Assembly: GCA_910587335.1 (NCBI GenBank)
Contig: CAJUMG010000001.1
Span: forward strand, 88,201-152,200
Direction of reading: 5' to 3'
DNA length: 64,000 nt
From: an uncultured Oscillospiraceae bacterium
GTDB lineage: Bacteria; Bacillota; Clostridia; Oscillospirales; Ruminococcaceae
Below are positions 26,447 through 36,067 of this stretch, in pieces. The position numbers were made by a program, and so were the translations under genes. Under the pieces are notes generated by a model. That model was not told where the DNA came from. It did no database searches and worked only from the letters and a program-made list of their open reading frames with translations. Each line of letters begins with the position of its first letter. Positions within the stretch are counted from its first letter, which is position 1.

Positions 26447-27316
26447 TTAGGATTGGCTCTCCCATACGGCGGTAGAGCCGCAGGGCAGCGAAAAACCAGA
26501 CGCGGTCACCGGCAGACCAATCTCAGAGGCCCAGACCCCTCCTGACCGGCCCTTACCTACCGTGACCCCCAACAAATATTCCATCACCGAAGCCGGAAGA
26601 CCGGTGGTGTAGGAGTTGAGCAAAAAGAAAATCGCATTGTCAGAAAGGACCCGGCTGGTGAGCAGGAGCAAATCGTAAATCTGCTCCTCCAGCTTCCAGA
26701 CCTCGCCGCCGGGGCCCCTTCCGTAAGAGGGCGGGTCCATCAAGATGCCGTCGTATCGGTTGCCGCGGCGGATTTCCCGCTCCACAAATTTTTTGCAGTC
26801 ATCCACAATCCAGCGGATGGGCTTGTCCCCCAACCCGGACAGCGCCGCGTTTTCCCGCGCCCAGGCCACCATGCCCTTGGACGCATCCACATGGCAGACC
26901 GCAGCGCCCGCAGCGGCGCAGGCCAGCGTTGCCGCGCCTGTATAGGCAAATAGGTTTAACACCTTTATGGGGCGACCTGCCTCCCGGATTTTTTTGCCCA
27001 TAAAGTCCCAGTTAACCGCCTGTTCCGGAAACAGGCCGGTGTGCTTAAAGCCGGTGGGGCTGACCTGAAAGGTCAGCTGTCCATACCGAATCCGCCACTT
27101 TTCTTTCTCCAGCGACCGGTTTTGCCAGCTTCCGCCGCCGGTGCTGGACCGAATATACCTGGCGTCCGCCTTTTTCCATAAAGGATGAGCCTTCGGCGTG
27201 TTCCAGATGATCTGCGGGTCCGGCCGGATCAGCAGCACATCCCCCCACCTTTCCAGCTTTTCCCCGCCCGAGGTATCTATGATTTCATAATCCTTCCATT
27301 GGTCGGCAACTCTCAT
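26447..27316 (-). CDS. class I SAM-dependent methyltransferase (RlmI/RlmK-related, Methyltrans_SAM type)
   Basis: VLNLFAYTGAATL SAM-binding motif, ILMDPPSYG motif IV. Confidence 0.75.
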   Translation of the reverse strand: MRVADQWKDYEIIDTSGGEKLERWGDVLLIRPDPQIIWNTPKAHPLWKKADARYIRSSTGGGSWQNRSLEKEKWRIRYGQLTFQVSPTGFKHTGLFPEQAVNWDFMGKKIREAGRPIKVLNLFAYTGAATLACAAAGAAVCHVDASKGMVAWARENAALSGLGDKPIRWIVDDCKKFVEREIRRGNRYDGILMDPPSYGRGPGGEVWKLEEQIYDLLLLTSRVLSDNAIFFLLNSYTTGLPASVMEYLLGVTVGKGRSGGVWASEIGLPVTASGFSLPCGSTAVWESQS

Positions 27317-27319
27317 ACT

Positions 27320-28660
27320 TTATCCTCGCTTGGCTTCAATCGCGGCGGCAATCTGCCCGGCAATCTCCTCGATCTGGGCGTAATCTGCGCCCTCGACCAT
27401 GACCCGCACCAGCGGTTCCGTACCAGAGGGACGCACCAGTACTCGACCCCGTTCGCCTAAACGATCGTCCAACTCTTTAAACAAGTCGTCCAGCTCCCAC
27501 AGCGAGGCTTTCAGTTCATCATCCGCCTGCACATTTTTTAACACCTGGGGATAGGTGGTCATCACACGGCGAAGCGCATCCAGTGGTTTTTTCTCCCGGG
27601 CCAGAATGCTCATCAGGTGGATGGCCGAAAGCTGACCGTCGCCGGTGGTCATATCGTCAAAGAAGATAATGTGGCCGGACTGCTCTCCTCCCAGATTATA
27701 TCCATCCTGCATAATGGTTTTTAGCACATACCGGTCCCCTACCTTAGTGGTTGGGGTGGCAATACCTTGCTCTTTGGCAAAATGGAACAGTCCCAGGTTT
27801 GACATGACCGTCACGACCAGACCGTTGTTTTTTAGTTTTCCCCGCTTTTTCATATCCAGCGCAAAAATAGCCATCAGGACGTCCCCGTCCACCAGCTCGC
27901 CGTTTTTGTCCACCGCTAAGCAGCGGTCGGCGTCTCCGTCAAAGGCAAGGCCCAAATCGCAGCCATGCTCTTTCACATAAGCCTGTAAGCCCTCCATATG
28001 GGTAGAGCCGCAGTCCTGGTTGACGTTGATCCCATTGGGTTTGGCATGCAGAACATGACATTCGGCTCCCAGACGCGCAAAAATCTGCGGCGCGGTTACG
28101 CTGGCACAGCCATTGGCGCAGTCCAAGGCGACCTTTAGCCCCGAAAAGGAGCCCTCTCCTAAAGAGACCAGATAGTCTATATACCGCTTAACCTCGCCAA
28201 AAGCGGTGGTCACCTGGCCAATCTGCTCCGGCGGCGCTTTGGGAGGGACCCGCTCGTTATCAATGATAATCGCTTCGATTTCCTCTTCTTCCTCATCCGA
28301 GAGCTTAAAACCGGTGCTGCTGATGATCTTAATGCCGTTGTCCTGAAACGGATTATGGGATGCAGTGAGCATAATGCCCGCATCCGCACCCAGCTCCCGG
28401 ACCAGGTAAGCCACTGCCGGCGTCGGCGCAACGCCTAATAGCTGCACATCGCACCCAACCGAGCAAAGACCTGCCGCCATCGCCGATTCCAGCATACTGG
28501 AGGACAGCCGGGTGTCCCGCCCAATGACGAAGCGGGGCTTATGCCCTATCCTTTCCCGTATGACCGTACCCGCCGCCTGCGCCACCTCCATGGCCAGATC
28601 CACACTTAATTCTTTATTGGCAATCCCGCGAATGCCATCGGTTCCAAACAGTTTTCCCAT
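27320..28660 (-). CDS. glmM: phosphoglucosamine mutase
   Basis: MGKLFGTDGIRG..., TASHNP active-site serine loop, 446 aa. Confidence 0.92.
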   Translation of the reverse strand: MGKLFGTDGIRGIANKELSVDLAMEVAQAAGTVIRERIGHKPRFVIGRDTRLSSSMLESAMAAGLCSVGCDVQLLGVAPTPAVAYLVRELGADAGIMLTASHNPFQDNGIKIISSTGFKLSDEEEEEIEAIIIDNERVPPKAPPEQIGQVTTAFGEVKRYIDYLVSLGEGSFSGLKVALDCANGCASVTAPQIFARLGAECHVLHAKPNGINVNQDCGSTHMEGLQAYVKEHGCDLGLAFDGDADRCLAVDKNGELVDGDVLMAIFALDMKKRGKLKNNGLVVTVMSNLGLFHFAKEQGIATPTTKVGDRYVLKTIMQDGYNLGGEQSGHIIFFDDMTTGDGQLSAIHLMSILAREKKPLDALRRVMTTYPQVLKNVQADDELKASLWELDDLFKELDDRLGERGRVLVRPSGTEPLVRVMVEGADYAQIEEIAGQIAAAIEAKRG

Positions 28661-28675
28661 TGTTTTACTCCTTTA

Positions 28676-29725
28676 TCAAAAATCCAGCTTCAGCTGATCG
28701 TCGTTCTCCGTCCCTGGCGCCGCCAGCCCCAAATGCTGATAGCCCATAGGCGTTACACAGCGGCCTCTGGGCGTTCGGCTCAAAAAGCCAATCTGCATTA
28801 AATACGGCTCATACACATCCTCCAGCGTCACCGCCTCTTCCCCGATGGCGGCCGCCAGCGTTTCCAGTCCAACCGGGCCGCCGCCATAATTTCGAATGAT
28901 GGTCAAAAGCATCCGCCTGTCGATGGAATCAAGGCCTAGACCGTCGATTTCCAGCCGGTCCAACGCCTGTTTAGCAATAGGCAGGGTAATGGCGCCGTCC
29001 CCTATCACCTGGGCAAAATCCCGCACCCGTTTGAGCAGCCGGTTGGCAATTCGGGGGGTTCCCCGGCTGCGCCTGGCCAATTCAATAGACCCATCGTAAT
29101 CGCAGGGAATGTTCAAAATGCCGGCGCTTCGCCGGATGATCTGGGCCAATTCCTCCGCCGTGTACAATTCCAGCCGCAAAAGCACCCCAAACCGATCCCG
29201 CAGCGGCGCAGTCAGCTGCCCGGCCCGGGTCGTTGCACCCACCAGTGTAAAGTGGGGCAGATCAATGCGGATCGATCTGGCCGAAGGTCCCTTTCCGATA
29301 ATAATATCCAGCGCGTAATCCTCCATGGCCGGGTAGAGTACCTCTTCCACCGCCCGGGACAAACGATGAATCTCATCAATAAAAAGGATGTCATTTTCCC
29401 CTAAATTGGTCAAAAGCGCCGCCAAATCCCCCGGTTTTTCGATAGCCGGGCCAGAGGTGATACGCAGATTGACATTCATTTCGTTGGCAATAATCCCGGA
29501 CAGAGTGGTCTTGCCCAGTCCGGGCGGACCGTACAAAAGCACATGGTCCAGCGGCTCTCCCCGCATGCGGGCGGCCTCGATATAAACTGACATGTTTTCC
29601 TTGGCCTTTTCCTGCCCGATATACTCCTGTAGCGTCTTCGGGCGCAGAGACCCTTCAATGTCCAAATCCTCCCGGCCGTACTCCGGCGTCACAATCCGGC
29701 TTTCAAAATCCGTTTCCTTTTCCAT
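28676..29725 (-). CDS. ruvB: Holliday junction branch migration helicase RuvB
   Basis: [12 protein letters not shown]..., GPPGLGKTT, canonical length. Confidence 0.95.
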   Translation of the reverse strand: MEKETDFESRIVTPEYGREDLDIEGSLRPKTLQEYIGQEKAKENMSVYIEAARMRGEPLDHVLLYGPPGLGKTTLSGIIANEMNVNLRITSGPAIEKPGDLAALLTNLGENDILFIDEIHRLSRAVEEVLYPAMEDYALDIIIGKGPSARSIRIDLPHFTLVGATTRAGQLTAPLRDRFGVLLRLELYTAEELAQIIRRSAGILNIPCDYDGSIELARRSRGTPRIANRLLKRVRDFAQVIGDGAITLPIAKQALDRLEIDGLGLDSIDRRMLLTIIRNYGGGPVGLETLAAAIGEEAVTLEDVYEPYLMQIGFLSRTPRGRCVTPMGYQHLGLAAPGTENDDQLKLDF

Positions 29726-29743
29726 TGTCCCCCGCCCCTCTGT

Positions 29744-30352
29744 TTATTTTCCTGTGGCAATCGCCCTAAGCCCCAGCCGGATCAGCTCCTCCACCGGCAA
29801 GGATGGGTCCAGCCTTGCCATGGCGGACGCTGCCTCTGATTGGGTGTATCCCAACACGACCAACGCGCTGATCGCCTCCTGCACATTGGCGCCTGCCAGA
29901 ATCGCCGGCGCCGGAATATCCTCCATCCCCACACCTTTGGCAATCTGCTCGTTCTGCACCTTGTCTTTGAGCTCCAAAATCAGCCGCTGGGCCAGCTTTG
30001 GTCCCACTCCCTGGGCCCGTGTGATGGACTTAACATCCCCGGTGGCCACACAAAGAGCAAACTTTTCCGGCGACAGCTGGGACAAAATCGCCAGCGCCGC
30101 TTTGGGACCCACTCCAGAGACGGTTAAAAGCATCTTAAAACAATTGAGCTCCCCTTGCTCGAAAAAGCCGTACAGCTCCATCGCATCTTCCCGGACCAGA
30201 AAATAGGTGTACAGCATCACCTCTGACTGCATGGCCGGCAGCTTGGAGAGGGTATTGTTGGTGACTTTCAGCGCAAAAGCAACGCCTGCGCATTCTACGG
30301 CGGCCATTCCATCTTCTATATGGATCAGTCTGCCACGCACACTGTATATCAC
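29744..30352 (-). CDS. ruvA: Holliday junction DNA helicase subunit RuvA
   Basis: MIYSVRGRL... plus the HhH motifs VSGVGPKAALAIL and GVGPKLAQRLILELK. Confidence 0.9.
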   Translation of the reverse strand: MIYSVRGRLIHIEDGMAAVECAGVAFALKVTNNTLSKLPAMQSEVMLYTYFLVREDAMELYGFFEQGELNCFKMLLTVSGVGPKAALAILSQLSPEKFALCVATGDVKSITRAQGVGPKLAQRLILELKDKVQNEQIAKGVGMEDIPAPAILAGANVQEAISALVVLGYTQSEAASAMARLDPSLPVEELIRLGLRAIATGK

Positions 30353-30368
30353 AGCTTTTCCCTCCTAT

Positions 30369-30869
30369 TTAACGATATTCTTTCAGCCGGTTCATCAGCG
30401 AACCGGAAGAGTGGGCATGACAGATGGCAATTGCCAGCGCATCCGCCGTATCATCCGGCTTGGGGACCGCATCTAAATGCAAAAGCATGCGGGTCATTTC
30501 CTGCACCTGCTTTTTCACTGCCTGGCCATATCCCACCACCGATGATTTAACCTGCAAGGGGGTATATTCAAACAGCTCTATCCCCGCTAACCGTGCCGCC
30601 AGCAGGATAACCCCTCTGGCCTGCGCCACATCAATCGCAGTTTTCTGATTGTTCTGAAAATACAGCTTTTCCACCGCCACCGCCTGCGGATGGTATTTTG
30701 TTAAAAGCATCTGCATTTGGCGGTAAATCATTTCCAGTCGCTGGGAAAAATCCATGCCTGCCGGCGTGGTAATCGCGCCATAGTCTACTGTACGAAACCG
30801 GTTGCTTTGATATTCCACCAACCCATAGCCAACAATCGCATACCCCGGGTCAATCCCTAAAATCAGCAT
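30369..30869 (-). CDS. ruvC: crossover junction endodeoxyribonuclease RuvC
   Basis: ILGIDPGYAIVGYG..., C-terminal DAADALAIAICH. Confidence 0.9.
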   Translation of the reverse strand: MLILGIDPGYAIVGYGLVEYQSNRFRTVDYGAITTPAGMDFSQRLEMIYRQMQMLLTKYHPQAVAVEKLYFQNNQKTAIDVAQARGVILLAARLAGIELFEYTPLQVKSSVVGYGQAVKKQVQEMTRMLLHLDAVPKPDDTADALAIAICHAHSSGSLMNRLKEYR

Positions 30870-31134
30870 ATATACCGCCTATCTGCGCCACTACGCGCCC
30901 TATTTTTGCAAACGATCCATCTTTATTTTGCCAACCATTCCGCACAGGACAGCTTTTGAAAGGCCGTACGCACAAATTCCCATATCCGCATAATTATAGC
31001 ATAAACAAATTTTCGAGACAACATCCCCACTGGATTTTCCCTTTCACCGGACAGCCAAAACAGCGGTAAAATCTGTCTTTACCCTTTATCAGACAAAAAA
31101 CTTGATTTTTTGTTCAAATTTTTTTAAAAATTTC

Positions 31135-31163
31135 TTGCATTTTGGAAAAGAAGCGGTTATAAT
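31135..31163 (+). promoter_or_regulatory. sigma-A promoter of tRNA-Val
   Basis: TTGCAT (31135-31140), a 17-nt spacer, then TATAAT (31158-31163). Confidence 0.75.
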
Positions 31164-31182
31164 ATTTTTTGTTATTTGTTTT

Positions 31183-31258
31183 GGACGATTAGCGCAGCTG
31201 GTAGCGCATCCGCTTGACGTGCGGGAGGTCAGGGGTTCAAGTCCCTTATCGTCCACCA
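31183..31258 (+). tRNA. tRNA-Val (GAC)
   Basis: GGACGAU...anticodon loop UUGACGU...AUCGUCC-A-CCA. Confidence 0.9.
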
Positions 31259-31289
31259 GGGGTGCTGTTCCTGCAATAGTGGGGGCGGC

Positions 31290-31520
31290 ATTTTTTTGTC
31301 CTTTTTTAAACGCAATCTGTCCGCGGCGTATCTGTCATAGCGGCGAAAGGCATTGGGAGACATTTCTTCCCATGCCTTTTTTCATAGGATTTCATCCAAG
31401 CTGCCCGGCTACGGCCCGCCTTGAACCGGAATTCAATCCGGCGCCCTGTAAATGCCAGATCATCCAAGCATATCCCTTTGGAACAGCATCTAAAGCACAA
31501 GGCCGGGATGTAAAGCGGAC
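31290..31520 (-). pseudogene. decayed remnant of the C-terminal HTH of an AraC-family regulator
   Basis: Minus-strand frames contain ...RRIEF..., ...VAGQLG..., ...KKAWEEMSPNAFRRY... These resemble the AraC second HTH but are split by a stop and frame changes. Confidence 0.4.
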
Positions 31521-31624
31521 CTTTCCTTCATTGACTTTCTTTTAGCATTTTATTATACTGTTGACACGGCAAAAGCCCATTTCAGAGCATTGACGAAACA
31601 AAAATAGCAGGAGCCGCTTAACCT

Positions 31625-32395
31625 ATGAAGATCATCATTTCCCCAGCCAAAAAAATGCGGGTGGACGTAGACAGCCTGGACTGTCTGGGACTTCCGATAT
31701 TTCTTTCCCGGACCGAACGGCTTTTGGCTGCCCTGCGCGCTCTTTCGCCGGACCAGCGCCGGGCTTTGTGGAAATGCAGCGAAGCGCTGGCCCGCCGGAG
31801 CAATGATCTTTTGGAAAAAATGGACCTATATCAAAACCTGACTCCCGCTTTGTTGGCCTACGAGGGGATTCAGTATCAATACATGGCGCCGGACGTGTTT
31901 ACCTATGAAGAGTTTGACTATCTGCAAAAGCATCTGCGCATTCTGTCCGGCTTTTATGGGCTGCTTCGCCCTTTCGATGGCATCGCCCCCTACCGGCTGG
32001 AGATGCAGGCAAGGCTTTCGGTAGACGGCGCCTTTGATCTGTACCACTTTTGGGGCGATTCCATCGCCCGCCACCTCTCGGCGGAAAGCGATGTAATTTT
32101 GAACCTTGCCTCCCGGGAATACAGCCGCAGCGTGATTCCCCATCTTCCCGGCAGCGTTCGGCTGGTCAGCTGCGTATTTGGAGAAGAGAAGGACGGCCGG
32201 ATCGTGGAAAAAGGGGTCCTTTGCAAAATGGCCCGCGGGGAGATGGTCCGCTATTTGGCCCAGCACCGTTGTCAAACCCCGGAGGAAGCCAAAAATTTTG
32301 ATCGTCTCGGCTTTCGTTTTCTGCCAGAGCGATCGGATGAAAAAAATTATGTATTTGGGAAAGAAGGAAAAAAAAATGTTGCCAGTTGGAAGTAA
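31625..32395 (+). CDS. yaaA: peroxide stress protein YaaA (UPF0246)
   Basis: MKIIISPAKKM... N-terminus and length are typical. Confidence 0.85.
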   Translation: MKIIISPAKKMRVDVDSLDCLGLPIFLSRTERLLAALRALSPDQRRALWKCSEALARRSNDLLEKMDLYQNLTPALLAYEGIQYQYMAPDVFTYEEFDYLQKHLRILSGFYGLLRPFDGIAPYRLEMQARLSVDGAFDLYHFWGDSIARHLSAESDVILNLASREYSRSVIPHLPGSVRLVSCVFGEEKDGRIVEKGVLCKMARGEMVRYLAQHRCQTPEEAKNFDRLGFRFLPERSDEKNYVFGKEGKKNVASWK

Positions 32396-32837
32396 GGCCC
32401 CTCAGTTTACCTTACCGGATCAGGAGGGAAACGCCGTCAGTTTGTCCGACTTTATAGGAAAAAAGGTGGTCCTTTATTTTTACCCCAGAGATAATACCCC
32501 CGGATGCACCCGCCAGGCCTGCGCTTTTGCCGAACGGCAGGAGGAATTTGCGCACCTTGGCGCGGTTGTCATTGGCGTCAGCAAGGATTCGGTATCCTCT
32601 CATCAAAAATTTGCGCAAAAATATAGCCTCCCTTTTCTTCTTCTCTCCGACCCGGATTTGCAGGTTTTAGAGACTTATGGCGTCTGGCAGGAGAAAAAAC
32701 TCTATGGCAAGGTGAGCATGGGGGTGGTCCGCTCGACCTATCTGATTGACGAAGAAGGCGTCATCGAAAAGGTGATGCCCAAGGTCAAGCCCGACCAGAA
32801 CGCCGCTGAAATTCTGTCGTATTGGAAGGGCGAATAG
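32376..32837 (+). CDS. bcp: thioredoxin-dependent thiol peroxidase (Bcp/PrxQ)
   Basis: KAPQFTLPDQEG...VVLYFYPRDNTPGCT peroxidatic Cys motif. The start is at MLPVGSK, overlapping the yaaA end. Confidence 0.9.
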   Translation: MLPVGSKAPQFTLPDQEGNAVSLSDFIGKKVVLYFYPRDNTPGCTRQACAFAERQEEFAHLGAVVIGVSKDSVSSHQKFAQKYSLPFLLLSDPDLQVLETYGVWQEKKLYGKVSMGVVRSTYLIDEEGVIEKVMPKVKPDQNAAEILSYWKGE

Positions 32838-32844
32838 GGGGCGA

Positions 32845-33270
32845 ATGCAGATGACCGAGGTTGTAGCCGCCTTAATCTGGCGGGAGGATCGTTTTTTGAT
32901 CTGCCAGCGGCCGGCCCACAAGGCCCGGGGGCTTTTGTGGGAGTTTGCCGGCGGCAAGGTTGAGCCGGGCGAAACAAAGGAGCAGGCATTGATCCGCGAA
33001 TGCCAGGAGGAGCTGTCTGTTGTCGTTTCGGTGCAGGACGTTTTTATGGAGGTTACCCACGCCTATCCGGATTTGACCGTCCATCTGACCTTGCTGAACG
33101 CCCGCATTGCGTCGGGCGCCTTGCGGCAGAATGAACACGCCGCTTTACGGTGGATCACTACCTCCCAGATCGACCAGTATCCGTTTTGCCCGGCGGACGA
33201 ACCGATTTTGCAGGCGCTGAAGGCCGCCGGCCCCAATCCGGACAGCGGGAAAGGCGGCGGTTGTCCATGA
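32845..33270 (+). CDS. NUDIX (deoxy)nucleoside triphosphate pyrophosphohydrolase, MutT-like
   Basis: Nudix box GGKVEPGETKEQALIRECQEEL. Confidence 0.8.
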   Translation: MQMTEVVAALIWREDRFLICQRPAHKARGLLWEFAGGKVEPGETKEQALIRECQEELSVVVSVQDVFMEVTHAYPDLTVHLTLLNARIASGALRQNEHAALRWITTSQIDQYPFCPADEPILQALKAAGPNPDSGKGGGCP

Positions 33271-33617
33271 CCACAAGGGAAGAGGCCATCGCCGCCTGTT
33301 TAGAGCTGCCCGGCGCTTATGAGGATTACCCTTTTCACGACAGCAACTGGACAACTATGCGGCACCGGGACAACCAAAAAATTTTTGCGATCATCTTTGC
33401 GCGGCAGGGCCATATCTGGGTCAATGTCAAGGTCGAGCCGATGCAGGGGGACTTCTGGCGGCGCGCTTTCTCCGCTGTGGTTCCCGCCTATCATATGAAC
33501 AAAGAGCATTGGATCAGCATCATTTTAGATGGAACCATGGCGGACGGGGATATTGGGCGCCTGATCGAGGATAGCTTTGCCCTGACCGCGCCGAAGAGAA
33601 AAAAGCGGCCGTCCTAA
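33267..33617 (+). CDS. MmcQ/YjbR-family DNA-binding protein
   Basis: ...LPGAYEDYPF...KIFAI...PAYHMNKEHWISI... pattern. The start forms an ATGA overlap with the Nudix gene. Confidence 0.75.
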   Translation: MTTREEAIAACLELPGAYEDYPFHDSNWTTMRHRDNQKIFAIIFARQGHIWVNVKVEPMQGDFWRRAFSAVVPAYHMNKEHWISIILDGTMADGDIGRLIEDSFALTAPKRKKRPS

Positions 33618-33641
33618 CCTCGATTGTCCGTTGCTTTACGC

Positions 33642-33682
33642 AAAAAAGCCTCCCTTTTTGTAAGGAGGCTTTTTTATTTTTT
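33642..33682. terminator. bidirectional rho-independent terminator
   Basis: AAGCCTCC...GGAGGCTT hairpin flanked by A6 and T-runs. It lies between convergent yjbR and cysS. Confidence 0.85.
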
Positions 33683-35075
33683 AGCTGCGGGTCCACTGCA
33701 CACCCTGCGGGGTATCCTTTAGAGCAATGCCCATACCAGCCAACTGATCGCGGATGGCGTCGGCCGTTCTAAAATCCTTGGCTTTTCTGGCCGCCTGCCG
33801 CTTCTCGATCAGCGCTTCGATATCCGCGTCCAGCGTTTCCTTTTTGCGGTTGTACAAAATTCCCAGCACATCGGCAATGGCGTCGAATACCTCGGCCGCC
33901 TTTTGGGCCAGCGCCTTGGACCGGGGAATTTGCAGCGCCGTGTTGATATCCCGGGTAAGGTCAAACAAAGCGGTCAAACCGTCGGCCGTGTTCAGGTCAT
34001 CGTCCATAACGGCAACGAATTTTTCCTGTGCCGCCGCAAACCTCCGCAAAAATTCCTCTTCCCCTTCTGCCGGCTCCTCCAGGCCGTTTTCCAACGCAAA
34101 CTCCAGCTTTTCCCGGCAGTTGTACAGCCGCTCCAGCGAATTTTTGCAGGACTCGATTACCTCTAACGTGTAGTTGAAGGGGCTGCGGTAATGGGACTGA
34201 ATCATCATCAGCTTGATGGTTTCGTATCCATATTTTTCCGCTACATCCCGAGTGGTGAAGAAATTGCCTTTGGACTTGCTCATCTTCACATTATCCACAT
34301 TGATATACCCGTTGTGCATCCAATAACGGGCATATTCCTTGCCGGTGCAGCACTCTCCCTGGGCAATCTCGTTCTCGTGGTGGGGAAAAATCAAATCCTG
34401 CCCGCCGCAATGAATGTCGATGGTCTCTCCCAAAAACTTTCGAATCATAGCGGTACATTCAATGTGCCAGCCGGGCCGTCCCTTACCCCACGGGGACTCC
34501 CAGTAGGGCTCACCCTCTTTAGCCGCCTTCCACAAGGCAAAATCCATGGGATCCTCCTTCTGGTCGGCAACGTCAATTCGGTTTCCGGCATCCAATTCCT
34601 CAATCGGCATATGGGACAGCTTTCCGTATCCCTTGAATTTTTTTGCCCGGAAGTATACGTCACCGTTCACCTCATAGCCGTAGCCATGGTCGATAATGTC
34701 CTGCACAATCCCAATAATTTCGTCCATCGTCTCGGTCGCCTTGGGATGAATGGTCGCCGCACGGACCCCTAATCCCTTGGCGTCGGTCCAATATTCCTGG
34801 ATATACCGCTCGGCAATGGTTTTATAATCGGTGTTTTCCTCGTTGGCCCGCTTGATGATCTTATCATCAATGTCGGTAAAATTTTGGACAAAGGTCACCT
34901 TGTAGCCCCGATATTCCAGGTAGCGGCGCATGGTGTCAAATACGCAGATGGGCCGGGCGTTTCCAATATGGATGTAGTTGTATACGGTTGGCCCGCAGGC
35001 ATACATTTTTACCTCTCCCGGCGTAATCGGGACAAATTCTTCTTTTTTTCTGGTCAGGGTGTTGTAGATTTTCAT
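33681..35075 (-). CDS. cysS: cysteine--tRNA ligase
   Basis: [14 protein letters not shown]..., HIGNARP (HIGH), KMSKS. The ORF-track N-terminal extension is rejected. Confidence 0.95.
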   Translation of the reverse strand: MKIYNTLTRKKEEFVPITPGEVKMYACGPTVYNYIHIGNARPICVFDTMRRYLEYRGYKVTFVQNFTDIDDKIIKRANEENTDYKTIAERYIQEYWTDAKGLGVRAATIHPKATETMDEIIGIVQDIIDHGYGYEVNGDVYFRAKKFKGYGKLSHMPIEELDAGNRIDVADQKEDPMDFALWKAAKEGEPYWESPWGKGRPGWHIECTAMIRKFLGETIDIHCGGQDLIFPHHENEIAQGECCTGKEYARYWMHNGYINVDNVKMSKSKGNFFTTRDVAEKYGYETIKLMMIQSHYRSPFNYTLEVIESCKNSLERLYNCREKLEFALENGLEEPAEGEEEFLRRFAAAQEKFVAVMDDDLNTADGLTALFDLTRDINTALQIPRSKALAQKAAEVFDAIADVLGILYNRKKETLDADIEALIEKRQAARKAKDFRTADAIRDQLAGMGIALKDTPQGVQWTRS

Positions 35076-35084
35076 TTGCTTCTC

Positions 35085-35345
35085 CTTTCTGCCCAGAAAG
35101 CCGGTCCAAAAAAGAAACCGCCTTCGGGCCACCGGCCGAAGGCGGTTTTTCACCGCGGTTCCACTTCGATTTCTCACTCGACTTTGCCCTATAACGGAGG
35201 CTGTTTCCGCAGACCGATACTGAGAATTTCCCGGTCCGTGCTAACAGGCGCATTTCACCAAATCCAGTTCCCAAAGGCACTTTCAGCGGGTCATGCCTTC
35301 TCTCTGCCGGACGGTATCTGGCTACTTTTCCTGATCATCGCATTT
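35085..35345 (-). promoter_or_regulatory. T-box riboswitch leader (Cys-specific candidate) with intrinsic terminator
   Basis: Minus strand carries the T-box sequence AAGUGGAACCGCGGUG (35151-35166). A strong terminator AAACCGCCUUCGGCC...GGCCCGAAGGCGGUUU plus U-run follows. An upstream AGAGA-containing stem I is present, and a UGC triplet at 35250-35252 is a candidate specifier. Confidence 0.8.
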
Positions 35346-35357
35346 GCTATGCTAATA

Positions 35358-35387
35358 AAAATAACACACTTTTTCCCCTTTTGTCAA
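35358..35387 (-). promoter_or_regulatory. sigma-A promoter of the cysS T-box leader
   Basis: Minus strand reads TTGACA, an 18-nt spacer, then TATTTT. Confidence 0.55.
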
Positions 35388-35468
35388 GGGATGTTAGGCC
35401 GTCGCCTAAATTTTCCTCACCCCAAAACACGCTCCAAATGCCATTTCGGGATCAGATCCCGCACACGC

Positions 35469-36029
35469 TTATTTCATATCCTGTAGCACCGCGCGGTTCT
35501 TCCACAAATAATTGATGCCGCTGACAACCGTTAACACCAGCGTCACCCACATCAAAACCACATTCAGCTCGTTTAGGCCGGTTATCCCCATCAGCAATTC
35601 TTCCTCCAGATACATTTGCAGAAGCGTTGCCGCCACCCAGATCATTTGGCAAACCGTTTTCATCTTGCCAAAAATGTCCGCCGCGATCACAATCCCCTTT
35701 GGCGCGGCGATCAGCCGCAAAGAGGTGACGATAAATTCCCGCGCAATGATTACAATAATAATCGCCGCCGGGGTGACCCATAATTCCACAAAACAAATCA
35801 GTGCCGAGGTGACCAGAATCTTGTCCGCCAGCGGATCCATAAATTTTCCAAAATCGGTGATGAGTCCCCGCTTGCGCGCGATTTTCCCGTCCAGCAAATC
35901 GGTAAAGGACGCCGCTGCAAATAAAATCAGCGCCCACAGATAGTGGCCGGTAAAGGACAGCTCCATTGCAGCGACAAAAAACGGAACCATCAGCATTCTC
36001 AGACAGGTTAGTTTATTTGGCAGATTCAT
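35469..36029 (-). CDS. pgsA: CDP-diacylglycerol--glycerol-3-phosphate 3-phosphatidyltransferase
   Basis: CDP-alcohol phosphatidyltransferase motif DLLDGKIARKRGLITDFGKFMDPLADK. The start is at MNLPNKLT. Confidence 0.9.
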   Translation of the reverse strand: MNLPNKLTCLRMLMVPFFVAAMELSFTGHYLWALILFAAASFTDLLDGKIARKRGLITDFGKFMDPLADKILVTSALICFVELWVTPAAIIIVIIAREFIVTSLRLIAAPKGIVIAADIFGKMKTVCQMIWVAATLLQMYLEEELLMGITGLNELNVVLMWVTLVLTVVSGINYLWKNRAVLQDMK

Positions 36030-36067
36030 CAAAAGGTCTCCTCTCCACATTTTGCATGAACTCCAGT

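Noticed and set aside
29592-30206. Long antisense ORFs inside well-supported genes. Examples: 29592-30206 (+) over ruvB/ruvA, 23889-24503 (+) over ecfT, 24553-25176 (+) over ecfA2, 39507-40043 (-) over gntR, 42455-43150 (+) over ricT/holB, 61344-62150 (-) over the response regulator, and 56565-57410 (+) over the SBP.
   Set aside because: These are shadow ORFs of the kind expected opposite GC-rich coding sequence. Their translations are low-complexity (Arg/Pro/Gly-rich), they lack RBSs, and the opposite strand encodes clearly recognisable proteins.
32368-32376. A second A9 run, at the yaaA/bcp junction.
   Set aside because: It lies in the last codons of yaaA and doubles as spacer between the bcp RBS and its ATG. 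Neither alternative frame offers an extended product, so there is no frameshift hypothesis to make.
33681-35177. N-terminal extensions in the ORF track: cysS to 35177, birA to 4697, yfcE to 5140, MATE to 54598, SBP to 58301, bcp to 32178, yjbR to 33150, gntR to 39207, the response regulator to 60852, and darA to 44227.
   Set aside because: The extensions run through leaders, terminators or neighbouring genes and lack RBSs. Internal starts give canonical family N-termini with good RBSs or ATGA coupling.
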